NCBI RefSeq assembly: GCF_964204645.1
Contig: NC_134027.1
Location: 8,650,485-8,714,484, forward strand
From: Tubulanus polymorphus
Lineage: Eukaryota; Animalia; Nemertea
Length of the DNA stretch: 64,000 bases
Direction of reading: 5' to 3'
Shown here: in pieces, positions 54,191 through 64,000 of the stretch
Layout: every line of letters starts with the position of its first letter
Numbering within the stretch: position 1 is the first letter of the stretch
Notes under the pieces: model-generated
The model's database searches: none
What the model was told of the DNA's origin: nothing
The model's input: only the letters and a program-made list of their open reading frames with translations
Made by a program: the position numbers and the translations under genes

Positions 54191-56660
54191 ATGTTATTTT
54201 TTTCAAGACGTCAATTAGTTTTCGTCAGTTGAAATATTACTAAAACATTAATTATGGAGTCAATCGTTTGAAACGAGAAATGGTTCACACGATTAGACGA
54301 CACGCCGTGCGTTTCAATAGAATGGGTGGGGTTGCGTCTCCGATAACTAAAATTACGTAATCTTTCACCTCTCAGCGGGAATAAGTAAATACAACTCGCG
54401 GGCAGAAGTCGAAATTTCATTCAATAAGAATACGGATACACCAAAAACACGCCGCTCAGTTCAAGGCCGAATTCGTTCATTCGTAAAATATAACCCGATG
54501 CTGCAGCGGAGGACAGAACACCCTCCCTTCTGTATAATCGGTTTATCTGTCGACTGTTAATTACTCAGTTGTCAATATCAGTCGTGAAACACTCGCATAC
54601 GATTCAATCTTTCGATTTTGTATTCGTTTCTGAACAGAGGGACGCACCTGCTACACAGAGCACCTATGCGCCTATCAATACGGGACGGGTTGCACGACTG
54701 ACTTTGTTAAGTTAACGATATTCAATATTTAATATATACGTTAACATATACGTTTTTGCGCGGGCATTTTCGAAAGAATGATCGTCGTACGATATGGGTG
54801 ACCAGAGGCTACGCAATCGATAGCGAAGATATACGTGTACCACTACGTGCCAGGGATAAACAACATGCTGACCTGCGGCAAGGCTTTCTGTCCGCCAGCG
54901 TGGTATTTAAGATTGATAATTACAAGAAAATGACAAAAATGCTTTGTGACGAGCATGATCGCAAGTCGACATCAAACGTGGAAATTTCCTTCTCGAAAGA
55001 CAACAACAAAGACAGCATCTTTGCGCGGCCGCAAATGACAAAAGTGGCAACGATGAAACATTCTGCAGTGGGCACAATATTTAGTGAGTGATTTTCAGGG
55101 GATTCAAGGCAGTCATTCCATCTCTTCATTATTTAGAAGAATATTTTTCTAATCTAGGTCTAATGTAAAAAAATAAAAGTAGGCCTAAACTAATGAAGCA
55201 TATACCGATGAAAGGCTATCGCAAATCCCACGTGGAATTTTCGACGTGAATCAACATATTGTATATCAATAAACGATTTTGCCATAGATTTCGTTCTAAA
55301 TTTTGTTGTCGACTAGACTAAACTTGCGTGCTTGTGACGCTTAATATGGCGAGATGATGTTTTCCGACCGCAGTCTTTGCAATTGTTTAAAAACACAGGT
55401 GTCTCGTGTGGCCGGAACGTCACCTCTTCATAATCCCCACCTTTATCATTATTATACCTCCATGTTATATACAGCGTGCGCACACATACACACCTCCGGG
55501 AAGGACGGGGCTTTTTCAGGAAAATAATCTTCTTTTCCAGGACCTAATCCTGCAGTCAATTAACTGATGGCTCGCTATCGATGCTTTATACGCGGTAAAT
55601 TAAAAATCGACGCATATTTTTTCTGGTCACCGCCGTTGTTGACGCAGTAACGCCGTCACACCATCGTGTTTATAGCGGTTGGATTTCTTCGAAAAATGAC
55701 TCGCACAACAAAAGAGGCAGCGCAACATTTTATATTTGCCAAATTTAACACGTCTTCTAGTTAGCTGGCAATAACGGGCAGTGTTTCCCAGGATGCTAGT
55801 CCTAAACTTTTGATGTTAATCGATGCTAAAACATAAGGAATTTCATATCACACATTGTTATGACATTTAAAATGAATGTTTTAAACTTGAATAGCTAGAA
55901 ATTATAGATGTTTTCATTTTCTCAGATACCGACGTTTGGTTTTGCTTTTAGAATTATAGAACTAGTCGTCGACGACCATTTTTACCCGAGGGATGCCCTT
56001 ATTTCTTTTTCTGAACGGTAATTTTCAAGATTCTGAAGTGTAATTGGTTGCAGAATTCCTACCAGTTCATCAATAATGTATAACTTCCGTTCTTTTTGTT
56101 CGTGTAGGTATGGCCTGGGGGTCGAACCCTCAACGAAACGCGAAGAGACATGAGTCGTGCGTGGAAGATGCGCGGAATATGTAATAAATTATCGGACTTT
56201 ACCATAACTAGCGGAGACAGGCTAATTATCCGGGATTCAAGTCGCCGATGGATGCGGTGGACATGAACACAGCACGTCGGAATCAATTCTCCTAATTTCC
56301 ACGTACCAATTCAGCCGGAGCAGCGTGTTTCGAGCCAGAACTTCGCCGCGCAAAGTCCGAATGGGTCGATGTTCGAGCGACTGAATCACGCTTCAAAGCC
56401 CGGTAGATATAGTTGTGTGTACATCTTTCATTAACGGAATACATCGCATGGTCTGCGATACATCGCTCATAATTAACGCGCATAGAAAGTGGATCGATCA
56501 GTCAAAATGGATACTCCAGTATAATTCGATACAATAGTTATCGTGTAATAAACAGGATATTAGTATATAGAAATTATATAACTCCTGAACCCAGATTCAT
56601 TAACTTGAACTTTCAGGTCATCGGCGATGGCTACAGATTAAATCGCTAAAACCCGCTCAG

Positions 56661-56898
56661 TCGCTTGCCGTTTCAAACTCTGATGGAAGAATGTTTGAAA
56701 GAACCGGAACCGAAATTTTAAATTACGTTCTCTGATTTAAGCAAAAAATTCTGTAAATACTGACAAATTATATCTGTACTTCTTCCGATCAGGCCCCTTC
56801 CTGCACGTGTGGTGGGTTTGTATGGGACACTAAATCAAAACAAATCAAACCAAATCTACCAATCGAACAAAAAACAGGATAGATCCTTATTTCAAGAT
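56661..56898 (+). repeat. Dispersed repeat family C, copy 2
   Basis: tcgcttgccg.ttcaa...ggaaga.tgtttgaa..aaccggaaccgaaattt shared with the 62660 copy. Confidence 0.75.
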
Positions 56899-58284
56899 TT
56901 TTACCGCGTACTCCCTATCTATTTAATAAAACGATGAGATTTCGTATCGTAGTAATGTCGACTAGTGTCCGTGATTTCACAGCCATTCCTCTAATATTCA
57001 CATTTTAAACGGTTACATAATATCATGTATACTAGAAATATGAATTCGTAGTATCAACAAGACCGCGCATTGTTTTAACCAGAAAAAAATAATTAACAAA
57101 TTAATATTAAAAATTAATGAAGTAATTAACTGATGCACAAAGTATATATTACCACCAGATGATTTAAAATTCAAAACCTATCAGGCTTCAGTAGCTGAAA
57201 ATATTTCCCAGAAATAACTGTTTATCAGTTAAAAGAGGACAGACATCGTCCGAAAAAAAACAACTTGAAAAAAAGTTTCAGAAAAAAGGATCATTTTGCG
57301 TGTGTTGACTGGAAATGATGACGCAGAAAGTTACTAAGCAAAGGAAAATTAATCAAAGCAGATAATATCCTCACCGCTGAGCGATCTATACGACTCAAAG
57401 ATGTGTCCGCGCGCGTGTGTTTGTGTCGGTATTTTTTCCTGCGAATGATCTAATGAATGGGAGGTCGGATCTACGCGCAGACATCGTCGTGACTGTACGT
57501 GCCGTCAGCAATAATGACCTGGTAATTTCGCCGAAGTATCCGTGTTTACCGGCAACGATTTCTTTCATGATGAGCACGGGCCTTAAAAATGTTTGATCGG
57601 TGAAGATCGTACTTCACTGACACGACGTGAAACGTGTGCTGATGTTGTACATCGAAATCTAGACGGGACAAGAAAACCATCGAATTTTGGCTCGAATTTT
57701 CCGTAGTGATTCATCCGACATTTTAGGGATTTTTTCCTTCGCGATCATTTCCTCAGTTACGAAGAAAAGCCTCGTATGAATTTCTATTTCGATAAACTTA
57801 CGAAGACTTAAGATCTTCGACTCTTTCAATTTACTCTATTTCTTAATGATAATCTAATAAACCTGTTGTGAAAGGCGTTTTGCGAAAGCGCGCTTCTAAG
57901 AACTCGATGATAAAATGCGCGCCTACGTCGTCTTATACCTTCGGTGAATTTTCGGAAAATTGCTGTTCCCAAGGCGCGTTGCCAATGCGAAAAAAATTCC
58001 CAAGTCAATTTGGATTTACGGCGGAAACGGTACAATTTGAAAGAAGGTTTTATTATCGAATTACCGCAGTATTCAGTACGCAATAATTAAAGAGTTTCAC
58101 AGACCGAAATCATTTAGAAGAAACACTTTGTAAAATGCCTCACAAAATCGACGCCACAGAAGTTGGTTAATTATTTTCAGTAGTAAAATTCGTTTTAACA
58201 TGTAGCTAATCGTATTCTTGCCTGAGCGTTTACCCAAGCAGCCGTCTTGCTACAATAAACCATTTAAGGCTAAAAATGTTACTT

Positions 58285-58545
58285 TGTTTCTCCACTCTGC
58301 TGAGCTTAATGGTTGACCCAGCCGGCCACCTATCTACCCAGTACATTACCATTCTTAAGAAATCATGATCAAGCTAACCATTACAGATCCGGCTAAATGA
58401 ACTGGCTACAAATTATATTACAGTTTACTAAAGTGACCCGGCCGATTAGGAGAAACAAGGTATCAATTCATTTTAGCCTCTTACAGTCGCTGGCCGCCAT
58501 TTTTTAGGGTACTTTTTTGTCCTTCATTGTTGGGCCATTTTTTAC
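58285..58545 (+). repeat. Dispersed repeat family D, copy 2, joined to an inverted segment of the 24.0 kb element
   Basis: Matches 30869-31060; tggccgccattttttagggtacttttttgtcc...attgttggg is the reverse complement of 24025-24075. Confidence 0.75.
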
Positions 58546-61500
58546 TCTTTAAAAGAAAACTATTTATGATGCGTGTTTAATCATATTCCCTTGGTCCATA
58601 GACGGATTTCGACAGTTTTAGCAACATTCAAACCGCGTGACCCGGTAACTGTAAAATGGTTTATTAGTTTCTATTCGTTCCAACTAACCAAATGGGCAAT
58701 TGGATTGTGCATCACCAGGAGAAACGTTGCAGCGATCCTTAAATATATCCAAAATCTACTCAAAGCGATGCAGTCGTGCACCTCAGAAAAAAATGCACCC
58801 ATTAAAGGAAGCTCATAATACTCATCGAATACTTGAATCAGTAGCCAGGGAAATAAGTTGATGAATCTAATAAATCCAGTTAAAGGTCACTGAGGACTGG
58901 CAAGATGTGCACACAAAGCGATCGGTAAACGGAACGACAAATAAATGGTAATCATTATCGTCCAATCATCAGTGGTTTAGTTGGTTTCCCTTCATGGAGG
59001 TTCTAAAAGAAGTATCAAAAATAACGCAAACGTTTAATTACAGCAATATCTCTGTCAATTTAAATTTGTCATTCAGATGTTCTATTTTCAGTTAAAGATT
59101 AAATCCGATTAAAGCGTTTTACGAAATGCCAAACCGAAAGGGAAGTCGACGGGTTTTGGTGTTCAATTGGTATTTTGCGATTGTCGCATTTAACAATCAC
59201 CGAAACGAAGAACACCATGCGACCGTAATAAATAAGAATAGAAACCCCTCGAGAGTAAGTATATCATCCCGTATTAATTCATAGGCTACTGATACTGGCG
59301 ATGATTTGATTTAACAAAAATAAATCACATATACACATAACCTAATAAACCGGATGATTGGGTCCGCGTTGATACCGATATTTATGGCACATTCTTGGTT
59401 CGTAAGTAGCTTAGATTAACGACGATGCTCCGAAGCGCATTCTGAGCTACCACGCCGTCTATTCCAACGCGGGCAAAGCAATGCAAGCATTTCAATTCGA
59501 TCCGTCGCTAGAATTTATATCGCTACCTCCCGACGTGGCTGTATGTTACAATACGATGGCAAGATTCCAATTGGCATTAGGTAACAATTAACTCGTTCAC
59601 ACGCAATTATATACTGCTAGACGTATTCACCTGATTTTCATGTTCGCTAGTTCGAACATTTCCAGACTTCGTCAGATCTGCGAAGCATCAAAGATTCACG
59701 AAAGACCAGTATTTATGAATGTTTTCGTAAAGCATCCATAAATCCACGATAATGACGAACTCGACAATGCTAGCTGTCTGGCACTGCTTTTTAAATAATT
59801 TATAGTGTTTGTCGACCTATCAAGAATACGCAGTCATCACGCATCAGAGAACTATTGTATGCCGTATATCAGATAACCATATTTGGGGTCGACCGAAAAA
59901 CTTAATTTCGCTTGACCGAGATCAGCCGGACACGGGCAACTGTATAACGGTTATAGACGGCATAAAACACAAGACTAGCGAGACTGCAAAATATCCCGTA
60001 TCATCCCACTTAGGACGAAGCTTCGCGCAAAGGGCGATAGTCCCGAGCGATACTGAGACCTGCAGATGCAATTTAGGTATCGAAATTAAGAATCCCTCAC
60101 CTTCGCTGATAGACACTTCATAAACATAAAATCTTTATAAAAAAATTTTCATTCCATTGCTCTCTCCTCGTAGAACTTTATGAATTCACAACTTTGATAA
60201 TATCAAAGGGCGTATATAATGGTTGCGCGCGCCGCAAAAGGAAACCACGATGAAGACAACATCGGAAAAAAACAACATCGAAGAAACCTCAGAGTCGGAA
60301 GAAAACAAAGCCCTGCCCGCGATTGTTGTTTTATCAACAGTTTTATATGGTCGCACTATACGGAATGGGAAATGAGACATTTGCGCGAGGCAAAGCTTAA
60401 CGCGCGTACACTTAAGGGAAATAAATGAGCGACGACGTCGTTTTAAAGCTTGCGATCAATCAGATAACATCCTGCAGTAAATAACTAACATCACATGATT
60501 GCCAATTTGACCCTTGCGCTCCCGAGTGTTGTTGTGACGTTTCTAGCTGTAGTGCGTCAGTTTGTCGTCGTATATTGCTACTTAATTTACGATCCTAGTG
60601 CTTTCGTTCGACGCTTCGGATCGTTCTCTTTTGAATTGCCGGCTGAAAATGTCGTCTGAGATTGCCCAGACGTTAGGTATTGATTTTCATAGACTGACTG
60701 TCGCAAGCGGATGTGTGAATTTGTTTTTGATCTACTATCCCGTCGAATTGTCATATGATCAGTAAAAAGGAAATGGGATGCGTGTCCATCATTGATGGGT
60801 TTGAACTAAAATTGCCGGACAATCTCTAAATTGAAATATTTTCTGGGACTCTGATTTTGCAGCGTGCTACATGAGGGATTTAGTACGGCCATATTGAGTT
60901 ACATTGATTGTGAACGCGTCCTTCACTGATGTTTAAACTGGTTAGCGGACGGAGAGGTTGACATTCCCCGCAGAATTGCTTTTCGGGGGAAGAATATCGC
61001 TAGAAATGGCATTGCCCAACCAGCCTTGTGAATATGTAAGCCACAAATCAAATTGCGCGGAATGTATAATTGATGATAAATTCGTCTACGCCCGAGGGGG
61101 CTCATCTGACCTCTACGCATGCCTCCCTCATCTAAAAGCTAACGGTCGTTTTATTTTTGTAATAAAGGATACGACACGCAGCGCCTATTGGATTCGACAT
61201 AATTGGCAGAAGGGGTAAAATATTAGCAAAATGTGCGATAATCTTGTTTATGTTTGGGTAGAATAATGTTTCAATGTTTACAATTCTAATCTGATTCCGT
61301 TAACTAAACCCAAATAGACGACGCTTCTAAAAACCAGTTTTCAATCTTGTTTTGACCGTAGCATTTGAAACAGTACGACGTTTCTAGCAAAATTTGATTA
61401 ATATTCTGCCAAGAGGAAATAATGATGTGATAAAAGCCGTCAGCGCAATTTAGGCAGAAAGCTGTCCCACATACCAATTACTGTACAGCGTATTAAATCA

Positions 61501-61672
61501 TCATTTGGGCGATTTTTAAACGGATTACACGAACCGAATGATGCCATAGAAATGCCGAGGAATAACCAAGTTGGATATTTTGATGAGACCGAACAAATGT
61601 CTCGCGTTAATCTCCTAATTAATTACCAATGATTTTAGAGTAGAACGTTTTCTTGTTATTGTACTTACTTAC

Positions 61673-61689
61673 CCTGTTTTACCGTCCAT
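61673..61689 (-). CDS. PLEKHG7: Most distal alternative first coding exon MDGKT(G) (phase 2)
   Basis: Strong start context aaaATGG and consensus donor AGG|gtaagt; GG plus G joins the 41021 acceptor in frame. Confidence 0.65.
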
Positions 61690-62659
61690 TTTACTGATTA
61701 GGTTGCGCACTGGAGGGAACTTTCCAAATATTCAGTTCTGACAAAGAGCCCAAATATGGATGTCCATCGGTCAAGATTTCGGTGCATCCGGGTTTCGAGA
61801 GACGCTTGAGTATTCTTATCTTATAAATGTATAGCATACGGCACTTGTTCCGATGACGTATCCAACAAGATTATTCCAGGATAATGTTGCATCGTTTACC
61901 GTTCGTATTTACCAATATTTCGCGTGCTCCGAATACAGACGACCAAACATTTGTTTGACAATTATAATTATAAACACATACAAACTCTCTAATTCGAATT
62001 TGCCGTGAGCGCCATCCAAATCGAGTCCGGTATAGTCGCGAATTATCCGATTCCGCTGCCCGTCTTTTATCTGAGGCCCATCGATTTGAATTTTCCTTAA
62101 ATCAACGTCTGAAATCCACGGTTTCTCTGATCGCGAATATCGTCAGAAATGATTTTTCGCTTCATCTCAAAGTTCAACCGGTCCCAAGGGGTGATCGCGC
62201 GTAATTAGCATTGAGCAGAATCGAGATGAAAACTGAAAGACATTCAGCCGTTCCGACGCACATCAGAAAAGCCACTTTGTTAACTTCCTGAAGTTCGTGA
62301 GACTAGATTACCGCTCTATGGTCCACGACGTGTGCCTTTGAAATATTGATAATTCATTACATTCATTACGATGAAACAAAATCGCGGTGTATGCCTGCGT
62401 AATGATAAGGCAGTTGAAACAGAAGGAAAAACAGACCAAGCGAACTCAACGTTTCAAAAACCTCGATTGTTTTGCTTAACGGCTTCACGCCACTCCGATA
62501 GAGCAAATTCATGATTTCACGAAGCGCATCAGAGGCGTCGCGGGTCTAATTTACAACTGACAATTTGTAATCGAAAGACAAGTGATGATGCTTCATTTGA
62601 CCGAGTCAAATATAACATGAGCTGTAGCAGCGCCTCGTGAAAATTTACACCATTTACAT

Positions 62660-62915
62660 TCGCTTGCCGGTTCAAGCTGGTTGGAAGATTGTTTGAATGA
62701 AAACCGGAACCGAAATTTCCAATTATGAATTATTTTAATTCTGTCAATTCTATACCGCCGATCACACAACTATATCTGTACTTCAATTTCCGATCAAACC
62801 CACTGTTATACGCTCCCGCAGATGTGGTAGGTCTGTAGGGGACAGCAATCAAATCAAAGCATATCAAACAAAATCTACCAATTAGATATATAACAGGGTC
62901 AATCCCACTTCGATA
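62660..62915 (+). repeat. Dispersed repeat family C, copy 3
   Basis: Shares the family C blocks listed for the copies at 28170 and 56661. Confidence 0.75.
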
Positions 62916-63487
62916 TCAAAAATGAACACTTAAGTATACGCTCCACTGATAAAATTGGGACCTAAATCTTTTTCCTAAAGTTTACATAATAATAAGAAAT
63001 GCTGCAGATTTTGTTTCTGTTAAAATATAATCGTGTAAAAATCAAAATCACATCAGGGTTAAGTCCATTTTTAAATCATATCAGATAATATTGTGTACGT
63101 ATAAAGTTCATCATTCATCAAAAAGGTTCCTCTTGGCGTTCGACGAATTCTTTTATGTGCGACACAATCCATGTTTACGACGGCGGAATGAATGAGATAC
63201 AACGAGATAATCATATCTCTTATCATTTTAAAAAGCGTGGTATTTCAGTATACCAGCATATCATCACAAGCGAACGAAAGATAACACACACGATTAAAAA
63301 CTTCCTGAATTCCATCTTCTGAATTCAAATGATGGGCGATGGGCAGATCGTTTGGTGAGGTGTTGCAGTAGCGCGATTAGTTTTACAAGAAGAACCCTTG
63401 AGCAAAATTGAATTTAGAAACCAATGCCACTTAACAATATAAAATCATTAACGACACAATTATTTTATTTTGTAAAATAATTAACAC

Positions 63488-63520
63488 TAATAGAATAGAA
63501 TAGTTTATTGTTCACAAAAG
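63488..63520 (-). mobile_element. Possible CR1-type LINE tail
   Basis: Minus strand caataaa followed by (CTATT)n. Confidence 0.3.
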
Positions 63521-64000
63521 TACATTTGCTTAGAATGCGGTTCCTTAATGGATAACACATGATACATAATTACTTCCTCATCATTGATATTCAACAATCG
63601 AACCGGAATATAACTTTCGTTAACTGTTCCTAACGTTTGGCTATGATGTTTGAAGATGATATCTGGATTTTGACCTTATTTGGTAACTTATTTTCAACTA
63701 AACTAAGATAATTAATACCTGGATATTCTAGGTGGGTGTTGGCAAACTCAATGATTTATTGCTTCAGAATTTCACAAATGATTGGTTTATAAATATGAAA
63801 TTACTTAAACACAACCAGGATGGAATGCGCATCACTTTTTCGGTGGAAACGAATCGCGATGATATATTTGCAACTGCCATCACTTGGTTAACAGTGAGCA
63901 TTTCCTTTGCATTAAGATGGAAAACAAATTCTGGTGGTTCTGTTTCGCGCTAGTTTTGAGTGCAGCATTACGATTCGGAACATTTAGCACTATTTCGAGG

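Larger units (their letters stand above)
91..61689 (-). other. PLEKHG7: 5' portion of a multi-exon gene, probable PLEKHG7-like Rho guanine nucleotide exchange factor (3' part lies beyond base 1)
   Basis: Hand-assembled GT-AG exon chain with all phases compatible: MDGKTG|HNQKRR...DDEGVK|VHRKNSTLTASEENLLRVPKQ|ESDEEFDIDSLRSF|NFGDVSPSSYSPDVSPGNSCDEGEDNG|NGNQSARLQRRRSSVDLGMQVYPGDLLMHD...SDKAD|DSVNRKNRNSFSLLKL|. Identity rests on recalled similarity of RRSSV..G.xVxPGDLL to PLEKHG7 (RRSSVVLNLPGLEVFPGDLL); not database-verified. Confidence 0.6.

Noticed and set aside
54756-55091. 111-aa plus-strand ORF
   Set aside because: Non-ATG start, no recognisable similarity, no supporting exon structure.
1-64000. 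Prokaryotic or viral systems (CRISPR, operons, prophage) and intact tRNA/rRNA genes
   Set aside because: No long ORFs, repeat-spacer arrays or complete cloverleaves seen; tRNA-like boxes belong to SINE or MITE remnants.

Overview
Eukaryotic, non-vertebrate metazoan DNA, AT-rich and with no obvious CpG depletion. A Nin/Deu-type SINE hints at a lophotrochozoan, but this is not established. Nearly all ORFs in the supplied track are chance ORFs. Reading splice signals on the minus strand gives the 5' part of one large, intron-rich gene as a phase-consistent exon chain: 41021-40771, 35988-35927, 17291-17250, 5230-5151, 2175-1982, 137-91, continuing past base 1. Five candidate alternative ATG-bearing first exons (61689, 52049, 46526, 32725, 9914) have donor phases that match the next acceptor. 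The motif RRRSSVDLGMQVYPGDLL resembles, from memory and without a search, the N-terminal region of PLEKHG7-type RhoGEFs; the DH-PH domains would lie outside the window. Long isoforms carry calcineurin-docking-like PxIxIT and LxVP motifs that short isoforms lack. The introns hold MITEs (some with 5-bp target duplications), a tRNA-derived SINE, LINE tail remnants, three dispersed repeat families and a hairpin carrying a degenerate minimal hammerhead ribozyme. I found no strong evidence for a wholly new system. The best leads are the isoform logic and the hammerhead hairpin.
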